A DNA stretch of 64,000 bases from positions 112,093 through 176,092 of the forward strand of contig JBNGIO010006345.1 in NCBI GenBank assembly GCA_049999805.1, read 5' to 3'. Source of the DNA: Folioceros fuciformis. Its lineage: Eukaryota. The notes below the pieces were generated by a model, which saw nothing but the letters and a program-made list of their open reading frames with translations, was not told the origin of the DNA and ran no database searches. Both the position numbers and the translations under genes were made by a program. This document shows, one piece after another, positions 32,288 through 41,950 of the stretch (its first letter is position 1; each line of letters begins with the position of its first letter).

Positions 32288-34762
32288 ATGGCTACGCTTG
32301 CAGCTCGTGTTGGTGAAAGATTGAGGGTGGCAGGAAATGAAGGGCTTTTGGCATCTGTAGCTTGGAGCAGGTTGTGTGAGCATGGCCAGCTCGAGGAGGC
32401 CTTTCAGGCAGTGGAGCTTATGGGCAGGCAAGGATCTGTGGCTTCTGCCGACGTGCTCTACCGCCTGCTGAAAGTTTGCGCTGCGAAGAAAGACCTAGGT
32501 GCTGGCAGGCGGGTGCATGCCCTTGCTGTGAGGAATGGGTACGAGAGCAACACCTTTCTCGGGAATCACTTCATCCGCATGTACGCTTCTCATGGCAGCT
32601 TATTGGAAGCAAACCGAGTTTTCATCCGACTTCCCTTCCCAGACACATTTGTGTGGGGGTCCATAATCTCAGCACATGCTGACAATGGGCAGGCTGAAAA
32701 GGCTGTACAGCTATATCGACAGATGCGGCGAACAGATGCCAAGCCCAATGACTTCATGTTCGTATCAGTCCTCAAGGCATGTGCCACTGCAGAAGATTTG
32801 GGGTCTGGCAAACTGGTCCATGAGGACGTGATGGACACTGGGTTTGAGTCGAATGTGTACGTAGGCAGTGCACTGGTGGATATGTATTCGAAATGTGGGA
32901 GTGTCAAGGATGCCCGTAGGGTGTTTGACAGCCTGCCTTCGAGGAATGTGGTTACATGGAGTGCCATGATTGCTGGATACACTCGACAGGGGCTTGCCCA
33001 GGAAGCCATTCAACTTTACTTGAGGATGCAGCAGGATGGGTTGCTGTCAGCTAATGTGATGACATTTGCCATTACTCTTAAGGCGTGTGGTGTTGCTGGG
33101 GATGAGAATGTTGGCAAGCAGATTCATGGTGAAATTCTCAAGAGAGGATTGGAAGCAGATGTTTTCGTTGGGAGCGCCCTGGTGGATATGTATGGCAAAT
33201 GCAGCAGCCTGGAGGATGCTCGCAGAGTTTTCGACAGACTGCCTGTTAGAAATGTTGTCACGTGGAATGCCATGATCGCAGGATATGCTCAGCATGGGCA
33301 GACTGAGAATGCGCTACGACTGTATGGCAGTATGCAGGAGGACAAGGGGATTGCAGCTGACCAGGGTACTTTCGTGGCCCTACTCAAAGCTTGTGCCAGC
33401 ACGGGAGCTGTAACAGAAGGCAAGAAGATTCATGTCAAGCTGAAGGAGAGTGGACTGGAATCAGATGTTTTCATCGGGAGCGCGCTGGTCGACATGTATG
33501 CCAAGTGTGGGAGCCTGGCGGATGCCCGGGCTGTGTTCGACAGGCTGACCGTGAAGACTGTGGTGACCTGGAATGGCATGCTTGCAGGGTATGCCCAGAA
33601 TGGCCTCGGCCAGGAAGCTGTCAAACTGTACGAGAGCATGCAGCAGGATGGCCGGGTACCAGCCAATGATAGCACCTTTGCCACCACTCTCAAGGCATGT
33701 GGGAGCGTAGGGGCCTTGCAGGAAGGCAAGCGGGTCCATTCACAGATACTGGAAAGGGGGTTGGAGCAAGATGTTTCTGTTGGAAGCACATTGGTGGACT
33801 TGTATGCCAAGTGTGGGAGCCTGGAAGATGCTCAGCTGGTTTTTGACAAATTGCCATGGACAGATGTGGTGACATGGAACGCCCTTATCAACGGTTATGG
33901 CCAACACAACCAATGCCTCCGAGCCATACGGTGTTTTGAGAAGATGTTGGAATGTGGAATTGAACCCACAGCTGGGTCATTCAACAGCGTTCTCGTTGCC
34001 TGTAGCCACGCTGGCCTCATGGACGAAGGCCAGCACTACTTCAACCTGATGACAGACCAGTACAGCATTCTACCAGGGATTGAGCATTACACAAGCATGG
34101 TGGATCTTCTCGGCAGAGCAGGCTTCCTGGATGAGGCGGAGAAACTTCTGCATACCATGCCATTTGAACATGATACTTGTGGTTGGAAGTCGTTGCTTAG
34201 TGCCTGCAAAAGCCATGGCAACATCCATGTAGGAAGGCGCTGCTTCTATCGGTTGGTAGACATGGAGCCGCAGGACTCAGCCGGGTATGCTCTCATGGCA
34301 AGCATCTATACAGATGCTGGCAGGCAGGAGGACGCACATCATATAGAGCTTCTCAGAGAAAGTGCTGGTGTTGATAAGAAGCTTGCTAAGGCGACGATAG
34401 AACTGAACCACCAGGTATACGAGTTCACTGTGGGGGACAAACGGGATGATGCTTCAGCCAAGCTGAAGAACCTGACTGAGCGGTGGAAGTTGGAAGCAAA
34501 AGAGGCCTCCAAATCACAATGCAGCAAAGACATAGAAGATGCCTTGTGTGAGCATGCCGAGAAACTGGCAGTAGCCTTTGGGCTCCTCAACACTCCAGAC
34601 GGCACCACTCTTGTGGTGACCAAAAACCTGAGGATGTGCGACCACTGTCATAGTGGCACCAAAATAATCTCTACCTTAGAGAAGAGGGAGATAATAGTTC
34701 GAGATGCTCACCGTGTACATCACTTCAAAGAAGGGTTTTGCTCTTGTGGGGATCGCTTTTGA
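32288..34762 (+). CDS. PLS-class PPR protein with a variant DYW (DYW:KP-type) deaminase domain ending ...CSCGDRF
   Basis: PLS array with E1/E2. The PG box is replaced by KKLAKATIEL. Zn-site motifs HAEKLA and CDHC, then RDAHRVHHF and terminal DRF. Confidence 0.93.
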   Translation: MATLAARVGERLRVAGNEGLLASVAWSRLCEHGQLEEAFQAVELMGRQGSVASADVLYRLLKVCAAKKDLGAGRRVHALAVRNGYESNTFLGNHFIRMYASHGSLLEANRVFIRLPFPDTFVWGSIISAHADNGQAEKAVQLYRQMRRTDAKPNDFMFVSVLKACATAEDLGSGKLVHEDVMDTGFESNVYVGSALVDMYSKCGSVKDARRVFDSLPSRNVVTWSAMIAGYTRQGLAQEAIQLYLRMQQDGLLSANVMTFAITLKACGVAGDENVGKQIHGEILKRGLEADVFVGSALVDMYGKCSSLEDARRVFDRLPVRNVVTWNAMIAGYAQHGQTENALRLYGSMQEDKGIAADQGTFVALLKACASTGAVTEGKKIHVKLKESGLESDVFIGSALVDMYAKCGSLADARAVFDRLTVKTVVTWNGMLAGYAQNGLGQEAVKLYESMQQDGRVPANDSTFATTLKACGSVGALQEGKRVHSQILERGLEQDVSVGSTLVDLYAKCGSLEDAQLVFDKLPWTDVVTWNALINGYGQHNQCLRAIRCFEKMLECGIEPTAGSFNSVLVACSHAGLMDEGQHYFNLMTDQYSILPGIEHYTSMVDLLGRAGFLDEAEKLLHTMPFEHDTCGWKSLLSACKSHGNIHVGRRCFYRLVDMEPQDSAGYALMASIYTDAGRQEDAHHIELLRESAGVDKKLAKATIELNHQVYEFTVGDKRDDASAKLKNLTERWKLEAKEASKSQCSKDIEDALCEHAEKLAVAFGLLNTPDGTTLVVTKNLRMCDHCHSGTKIISTLEKREIIVRDAHRVHHFKEGFCSCGDRF

Positions 34763-35211
34763 CAAGTGACCGGCTTCTCCCTCCTGTGCACACGGAACGG
34801 CCATGGTGCGCAAACCAAGCTTCCCAACCACTAACTCTCACCAAACAGGTGTACACGTCAGGGACCCTTGGTTGGAGGGACGGTACTCGGTGGCAAAGCC
34901 ATCTGCTACTCGTCGGCACCAATGTTTTTCTGATGGCCACGACATATGAAGAAATCGCGATCAATGGGTTGTGGTTTACTTTCCATGAGTTGTCGAGCGC
35001 TCTCTGCACTGCAAAAGGACAAGTGTGGCAATGCTCTGTTAGGGTAATGCCCTGTTAGGGTAATTCCCGGGCGGGACTACTTGTTACTCGTCCATTGTGA
35101 AATCTTTCCCTTCCACAGACTGGTGGTGGCCGTGTACAACAATTGGGATACTGGAACACTGATGTACAATTATCTACAACGGTGGGTTGACCACTAGGTT
35201 GTCAATAAGTC

Positions 35212-36711
35212 CTACTTCTCATCGTCTGAAAGAAGGAGACAGGAGCCGTCGTCGTAGTTGGCCAAAGGGTTGAAGAAGGGGTTCCCAGGGTCTGTGCAAC
35301 CTGGTACCAAGTCAAGCTCACAGCGGTCACCCTGCCAGATGGGCATATCATCGCCAAGTCAGTAAAGGAGAAGCAAGCTGATTTTCCCATACTAATGCCC
35401 TGCGTGAGAAGGGTCAGAGTGTAAGCGCCTCTCACCCCATCGTGATAAAGTCCAGCTATAGCACACCGATCTTGAAATAGGACAGCATCCGGGAAGATAA
35501 CTCTAGCGCATGCTCCATCTGCTGAGAGCTCCTTGGCGAGCTCCTGCGTGACCTCGCTCCAAATTAGTGTCTGGTATTCGAGTTACGTGCTACTGTTATT
35601 GCAAAAGAAGTGTCAGGTTACGGACCTCATTGACGTACTCGACAGGCTTGTTCTTAAGCTTTTTGGGGACCTCCAGAGTGAGAGTGTAAGATTGAGTCCA
35701 ATTGGTCCCATCAGTGAACGAGAACACGATAGTAAGAGCTGCAAACATTCCAACCCATATCAGAGGAGCACAATGAATACATGTCACAAGTTGCTTGCGT
35801 CGGAAATCCCTCCCGGGATTTCTAGGCATACCATGAACAGGGACATTCATCTTGATGGTGTACAAAGCATCACACTTGAGTCCTCTTTCCTTCCTAGTCA
35901 TCACCCTAGGCTCGCCACTACACATGACCGGCTGATTGAAGCCACCTGCATATACGACTCTAAGGTCAACCACCGTTAAAGCAAGAGAAGCCACAACGAC
36001 ATACACAACGCAACTGCTACAGAACTTCACCGTTAAAGCCGATGCCATATTCTGCATCCGGCTGCAGATTGCTTGCAGCTGGGTTGAAATAGATGGTGAG
36101 TGGTTCTCCCTACCACAAGCACTGGAGACATCACGAACATGGCCAACTTCCTACGAGGACTTCGTGCGACAGACAGACAGAAATAGAACCTGCCGCTCAG
36201 ACATGACATCCAAATGGTTCACTCACAGAAGCAGGAGGCCGCCCGGTTCCGGTCTCCCAGTACACTGGGTAGCGGCCCATTTCAAATTTAGACCAGCTCG
36301 GCAGCGTGTACCTGCAGAAATGCGTCAGTGTAGGCATTGAACAGAACAAGGCATCACCCAGAGCTGCGGAAGGTCGATAAATGCTGTACTCACTGTTCAG
36401 GGATCGTGTCCACAGCCACGGCTGCGGAAATTTTCCTAAACAAAGCCTGCTGAGGTTGGAGTTGCGCAACCCTTGGAGCAGCCCTGGCAATCTTGGATCC
36501 CGCGAATTGCGAAACTGCCAAGGACGAAGAAGATCAGAGTGACAGACCACCAACCAGACCGCAAGATACAAACAAGAAAACGGAAGAAGATGCAGCTACC
36601 GAACGGGGCCGGCGATGCCGCGGGCGAAGACCGTGAGCTTGGCCCGGCGTTGGAAGAAGGACCACAAACGGGCTTCACGACCAGCGTCGAGGAAGACAAG
36701 GTGATCGCCAT
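35212..36711 (-). CDS. PIFI: POST-ILLUMINATION CHLOROPHYLL FLUORESCENCE INCREASE protein, chloroplast, multi-exon
   Basis: Spliced peptides YTLPSWSKFEMGRYPVYWET, GEPLTIYFNPAAS, FN|GGFNQPVMCSGEPR, FSFTDG, ELSADGAC and GDRCELDLVPGC...NPLANYDDGSC match the At3g15840 family as I recall it. Stop at 35212-35214. Confidence 0.9.
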
Positions 36712-37036
36712 CTCTTCTACCCGAACGCGATACCAGCACGCTCTGAATTGTCAAGAGCAGCCGAGACGGTGGCTTGGGGATCAAGTGAAGACGAAGTGTA
36801 AGACACCCAGTGATATTTTGGATTTGTGGTGGCCAGCAAAATTCCGAGAATGTAAATGCCAGACGTGTTTATCTTACTAATGGGCACTTTAGTGCATGAT
36901 GCCAGTAGAGTAAGTCACCTCTCATCAACACTATGCACAACCCGGCAGTGGATGCCAGATTTTTATCCGAGATTCGAGGTGGGTTTTGTACAGAGCTATG
37001 AGTATCCTGGATACTTCCTACACGACGTATCCGAAG

Positions 37037-39763
37037 TCAATGCCGGTCCCCACACGAACAGAAACCGTTCACAAAACGGTGGACACGGTGTGCATCTCTG
37101 ACTATAATCTCTCGTTCTTCGATCCTGGACATGAGTTTGGTGCCACTGTGACAGTCGTCACACATTCGAAGACTCTTGGTCACTAACAAAGTTGTGCCCT
37201 GTGGAGTGTTCAGGAGACCATACGCCAAAGCTAGTTTCTCAGCGTGACCACACAGGGCGTCTTGGTTCCCAGAATCCTTCTCTCCCAGCACCTGCGAGTT
37301 CACACTGGATAGCTTGGAGGAGGTGTCCTCACTTGCCTCGCCCACCATGAACGAGTGTACTTTGCTGTTTACCTCAATCCAAGCCCTTGCAGGGAGCTTG
37401 CAAGCCCCTGAAGTTTTCCTTAAACCATCCAGTTTTGCCACATCTGTCCACCGACCAGCGTTGGCGTATATGTCTGCAAGGAGTGCATAAGAAGCGGTGT
37501 TTTGCGGATCAAAGCTTGTGAGCTGGTGAAAACATTTCTCCCCTCGCTCAGCATCACCGTGACTCCTGCACGCAGTCAGCAATGATGTCCATCCTACGAT
37601 GTTCGACCGCAATGGCAGAGTCTGCAACATCAGTTCTGCCTCATGTAGTCGGCCCGAGCGCCCAAGAACATCCACCACACAGTTGTAGTGCTGAGCGGTG
37701 GGGCTTATGCCATGGTCTTCCACCATGATCTTCAAATACTGGTGAGCCTTATCTACAAGTCCCTGGTGGCTGCATGCCACAAGGACAGATGTGAAGGTAG
37801 CCTCATTGGGCGAAACCCCATGCTTTTGCATCTCTTGAAAGCAATCCAGTGCTAGTTTACTAGCACTCTGTTGTGCGTAGCCATTCAACAAAGAGTTCCA
37901 TGTCACCACATCTTTTGAGGGCAATCTATCGAACACTTCGCGGGCCTCCTTCAGGCAACCACACTTGGCATACATGTCTACCAGACAGTTCCCAACAATT
38001 AGGTCCCCTTGCAGTCCCCTTTCCTGAATTTCGGCATGAAGCTGCTGGCCCTGGCACACAGCTCCCACGCTGGCACAAGCATTTAGAAGACATGCATAGG
38101 TTACCGGAGACACGACAGAGGAGCCGTCTCGCTGCATCCTGGCATAAAGAGCAAGTGCTTCGTGACTGAGGCCATGCTTTGCATTCGCTGCGATCAAGGT
38201 ATTCCATGTGACCACATCCCTTGATGGCAACATATCAAACACTCTCTGACCATCTTCCAAGCTGCCACACTTTGCATACATGTCCACCAGGGCGTTTCCC
38301 ACAACAACGTCTGATTCCAGCCCTTTCGCCAAAATCTCACGATGAAGCTCTTTGCCCTCTTCCAACGCCCCGAGGGACGTACTCGCTTTCAGGAGACAGA
38401 CAAATGTAGCACAGCTGGGTTGTATGGGGCTTTCCTGACACATGCATGCATAGAGGGAAAGGGCTTCCCGACCAAGTCCATGCTCAGCATACCCCGCAAG
38501 CATGGCATTCCATGTAACCACATCTTTTGTGGGCAATTGGTCGAATAACGTGCGAGCATCTTTCAAGCTGCCACACCTTGCATACCCAGCAATCATGGCA
38601 GTCCAGGAAACTGCATCTTTTGTTTCCAAACCCTCAAACACTTTGCGGGCATCCTCCAAGCTTCCACACTTCGCATACATGTCCACGAGGGAGTTCCCAA
38701 CAACCACATCAGCTTCCAGTTGCCTTTCTCGAATTTGAGAGTGGATCTGCCTACCCTGCTGTATAGCTCCACTTGTTCCACATGCTTTCAAGAGGCACAC
38801 AAACATAACCATATCAGCCACAGCCACGCCCTGCTGTTGCATGTCTGCATAGAGTGCAAGGGCTTCTTGACCACAGCCATGGTTGGCATATCCTGCAATC
38901 ATCGCAGTCCAAACCATGACATCTTTTGCGGGCAAGGCATCAAAAACACTTCGGGCATCCTGTAGGCTTCCACACTTCGCATACATGTCCACCAGGCTGT
39001 TCGCAATCATAAGATCGCCTTCCAAACCTGTGTCCCGAATTTGTACATGAATTGCCTTCCCCTCACACAACGCTTTAATGCTGGCACAGGCTTTCAGAAG
39101 GCACAGGAATGTAACACGGTTGGCTTTGTTGAACCCCTCCTGTTGCATTCTTGCATACAGGGTAAGGGCTTCGTGACCGAGCCCATGCTCCGAATACCCT
39201 GCAATCAAGGCATTCCAAGTCACCACATCTTTCACACCCAAACTGTCAAATACTCTTTGAGCATCCTCCAAGCTCTTGCATTTTGCATACATGTCCACGA
39301 GACAGCTGCCGACAAATAAATCAGGCTCATCCATTTGGCTGAGAAGATCAGCATGGATTTTCTTTCCAGACACCAAATTCTTGGCCGTGGCACAAGCTTT
39401 GAGAACTGCTGCAAATATGTGTCCGTTTGGTTTCACAGGCGACTCTAGCATCTGCTCGTATAATTCAAGGGCGTGCATATACTGTCCACGCTCTGCGTGT
39501 GACACAATAATAAAAAACCATGAATAGCTGTTTGGCGCAGGTATTTTGGTGAAAACCCCCGTTGCTTCCTCCAAACTTCCATAAGCTGCATACACCTGGA
39601 GGATGTGGTTGGCCAAGAATATGTTTGACTGGTTCCCGCTTTCGAGGGTAAGCGCATGTATCCACCTGCCAGCAGTCACATCTTTAGAGGCGGCACACGC
39701 TCTGAGGACACGACAGTAAAGAGATGGGGGCACATAAGATCCTCGCTGCACCAAGAGGTCCAA
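37037..39763 (-). CDS. PLS-class PPR protein with a DYW:KP-type domain ending ...CSCGDRH; a targeting exon probably lies upstream (about 39887-40106)
   Basis: PLS array. KLPARAWIEV replaces the PG box, followed by HAEKLA, CDDC, RDAHRVHRF and terminal DRH. The frame is open a little upstream of 39763; ORF 39879-40106 carries a GTAAGT donor at 39886. Confidence 0.93.
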   Translation of the reverse strand: MDLLVQRGSYVPPSLYCRVLRACAASKDVTAGRWIHALTLESGNQSNIFLANHILQVYAAYGSLEEATGVFTKIPAPNSYSWFFIIVSHAERGQYMHALELYEQMLESPVKPNGHIFAAVLKACATAKNLVSGKKIHADLLSQMDEPDLFVGSCLVDMYAKCKSLEDAQRVFDSLGVKDVVTWNALIAGYSEHGLGHEALTLYARMQQEGFNKANRVTFLCLLKACASIKALCEGKAIHVQIRDTGLEGDLMIANSLVDMYAKCGSLQDARSVFDALPAKDVMVWTAMIAGYANHGCGQEALALYADMQQQGVAVADMVMFVCLLKACGTSGAIQQGRQIHSQIRERQLEADVVVGNSLVDMYAKCGSLEDARKVFEGLETKDAVSWTAMIAGYARCGSLKDARTLFDQLPTKDVVTWNAMLAGYAEHGLGREALSLYACMCQESPIQPSCATFVCLLKASTSLGALEEGKELHREILAKGLESDVVVGNALVDMYAKCGSLEDGQRVFDMLPSRDVVTWNTLIAANAKHGLSHEALALYARMQRDGSSVVSPVTYACLLNACASVGAVCQGQQLHAEIQERGLQGDLIVGNCLVDMYAKCGCLKEAREVFDRLPSKDVVTWNSLLNGYAQQSASKLALDCFQEMQKHGVSPNEATFTSVLVACSHQGLVDKAHQYLKIMVEDHGISPTAQHYNCVVDVLGRSGRLHEAELMLQTLPLRSNIVGWTSLLTACRSHGDAERGEKCFHQLTSFDPQNTASYALLADIYANAGRWTDVAKLDGLRKTSGACKLPARAWIEVNSKVHSFMVGEASEDTSSKLSSVNSQVLGEKDSGNQDALCGHAEKLALAYGLLNTPQGTTLLVTKSLRMCDDCHSGTKLMSRIEEREIIVRDAHRVHRFVNGFCSCGDRH

Positions 39764-40567
39764 CGCTTCAACAGTTTCAGTGACCTGCTTGTCTTCAGAT
39801 GGATAGAGGTGGCCTTCAGGATTCCAGGTGCCTGCCCTGCAAGATTAAAGACTGTGAAAAGACAACGGTTCACAACATTTACTTACAAAGCCATCTAGTC
39901 TCAAGTGTGGAAAGCCATGCATCTTTGCGAAGATAATTTGATGCAAGAAAATGAGAGTCGGACCTCCCAGACTGCTGCACGTCAGCTTCTCGAGTTGCAG
40001 TTGGTTGGAACCTTAAAGCGCTCTGCACACTGCCCTGCCAATCTCTTTTTCCTCGAACCCCAGAGACGGCAAATCTTTTAATAGTGGACCTCCCTATGCT
40101 GGACATGGTGTGGATACACTATGTACCTGAGGTGGCCTGGACGGTCTATCGAGCAGTCTATGATTGTCAAGCCCTGTAAGCATGTAAGGCTATGGGCTGG
40201 ACGGTTGCAGCAACAATGGGGGGAGGAACAGTTGCAGAATCCAGAGAGGACTCACAATCCGAGAGAAATCGCTTTCATCTCTGCTAGTGTTACTCTTTCC
40301 TTCAAAGAACGTATCCTTGGGACATCCGAACAAACAATTTGTAGCAGTATTGATAAGTCATATTTCCACCTACTAATGTCAGTAATCCTAAGCCCTGACT
40401 ACTCTTGCTACAGAAGAGAAGCAGCCAAACGTCTGCGAGCCGAATCAGATGCCGACTCTGTGTTGAGACTGGTGTCTGGGTGACCAAGTAGAGGGGGGGG
40501 GGACAGCATCTTGTTCCCAGAGAGGGCACATATCAAACGCTGACCTCAGCAGTTGCATCAGCACAGC

Positions 40568-41255
40568 TTACGAGTGAGGCACATATCTCACATTGTGATC
40601 CTCGCAAATAGCCTGCGCATCGCAAATGGCAGCAAAGACAGGACCGAGTCAACCTGATGGACGCAAGAAGGGAAACAAAAACAAGCCATCATTCTCAACA
40701 AGAAGTGGAACCTCATGCGCTAGATGGCTACCTGCATTTCCTCACTCAATTCACCAGTAACCGACAGTGCATAGCAGCCGGGGACAAACTTTCCTGTTCC
40801 ACATAAACTTGTGAGCTGCAGTCACAGTGAAAATAACCTAAAAGTCACTACCAACACAGCGGGTGACACTGACCTATCCTGAGCCAACGTGCTGCCCAGC
40901 TGGCTTTCGGATCCATGGAAGAAATAATCCTGCAAGCCCAGAGCACACCATCAGCTCATGAGGACAACAGCACAGCACCACCCAAGTAGAGGGCGTAGCA
41001 TACCCTGTGAAATTGGGTGATGTGCACTCCAAAACCCTCTCCTGGTCGTGATCCATGCTGAACCACGGGCAGTTCTCGCATCCAACTTCCTTGAACTGCA
41101 GTCGCACAAATGAGAAGAAGGCTCTAAAGACTGACGAAAGAAGCAAAAACTTAGCCAATGCGCAAAGCAGACCTCACCTGCTCATACGTCTTGATCAGAC
41201 TGCACCGCAGGCAAACCCTCAACTCCCGACCAAAGCTCGTGGGCACCTGCGCCAT
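40568..41255 (-). CDS. SPT4: Transcription elongation factor SPT4, 5 exons
   Basis: MAQVPTSFGRELRVCLRCSLIKTYEQ|FKEVGCENC...CTSPNFTG|IISSMDPKASWAARWLRI|GKFVPGCYALSVTGELSEEMQ|AICEDHNVRYVPHS*, containing the Zn-finger CxxC pairs. Confidence 0.95.
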
Positions 41256-41479
41256 TCCTCCTCAGGACCCCGATTACCAGCTCCCGGTCAGAAGGCGCTC
41301 TGCTACCTTCTTCTGGTCTGGTCGCACACCGATATGCTGTTACCGTCTCTCGGTGTGAAAGGACAAAGACGAAGGGGTCTCTGTATTTTACCTTTTTTTG
41401 TTTTTGCTATACGCTGGCTTTAATCCCACCTCGCCGAAAACCAACAAACCACAAAGCGCTACTGTAAACATGAAATCCA

Positions 41480-41544
41480 CATACAGGTACAGGTACATAC
41501 ATACATACATACATACATACATGCATACATACATGCATACATAC
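41480..41544. repeat. (TACA)n microsatellite
   Basis: ATACATACATAC... run with a few ATGC variants. Confidence 0.9.
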
Positions 41545-41950
41545 TTCACTGGTTTAGGAAGTACATAAACTAGGTCCTGTACTGTACATGTACGCATACA
41601 GCTTGCAAGAGTGGCAGGACAAAAATTCCTCCTGTGGTCTGAGGTACCTTCGGTCCATTCACTGGCTGGCACAAAATGACGATTCCGTGCCATGGATTTT
41701 GGTGTGTGGGTGACATGGATTTGGTCAGCAGCTCGAGGGTGTTGGATCTGGCTTTGCTGTTGTCTGTTGAAAGGAGTCCATCCCATTCTGGGCACAAGAG
41801 GTCCCTTGCCGTGTGGCTGGAAAAGCGGACTGCCTGGTTGCAGAATCACTTTCTGGTCCAGAATCCTCGACGTGTTGTTTGCAGGGGAGCGGTTTACACT
41901 GTCTCTGCGTCAATTGTGGCTGCTAGGCGTGAGGGGTATCTTTCTATGTA

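Noticed and set aside
40311-40345. CCTTGGGACATCCGA resembling the U6 snRNA 5' end
   Set aside because: No ACAGAGA box or other U6 core follows.
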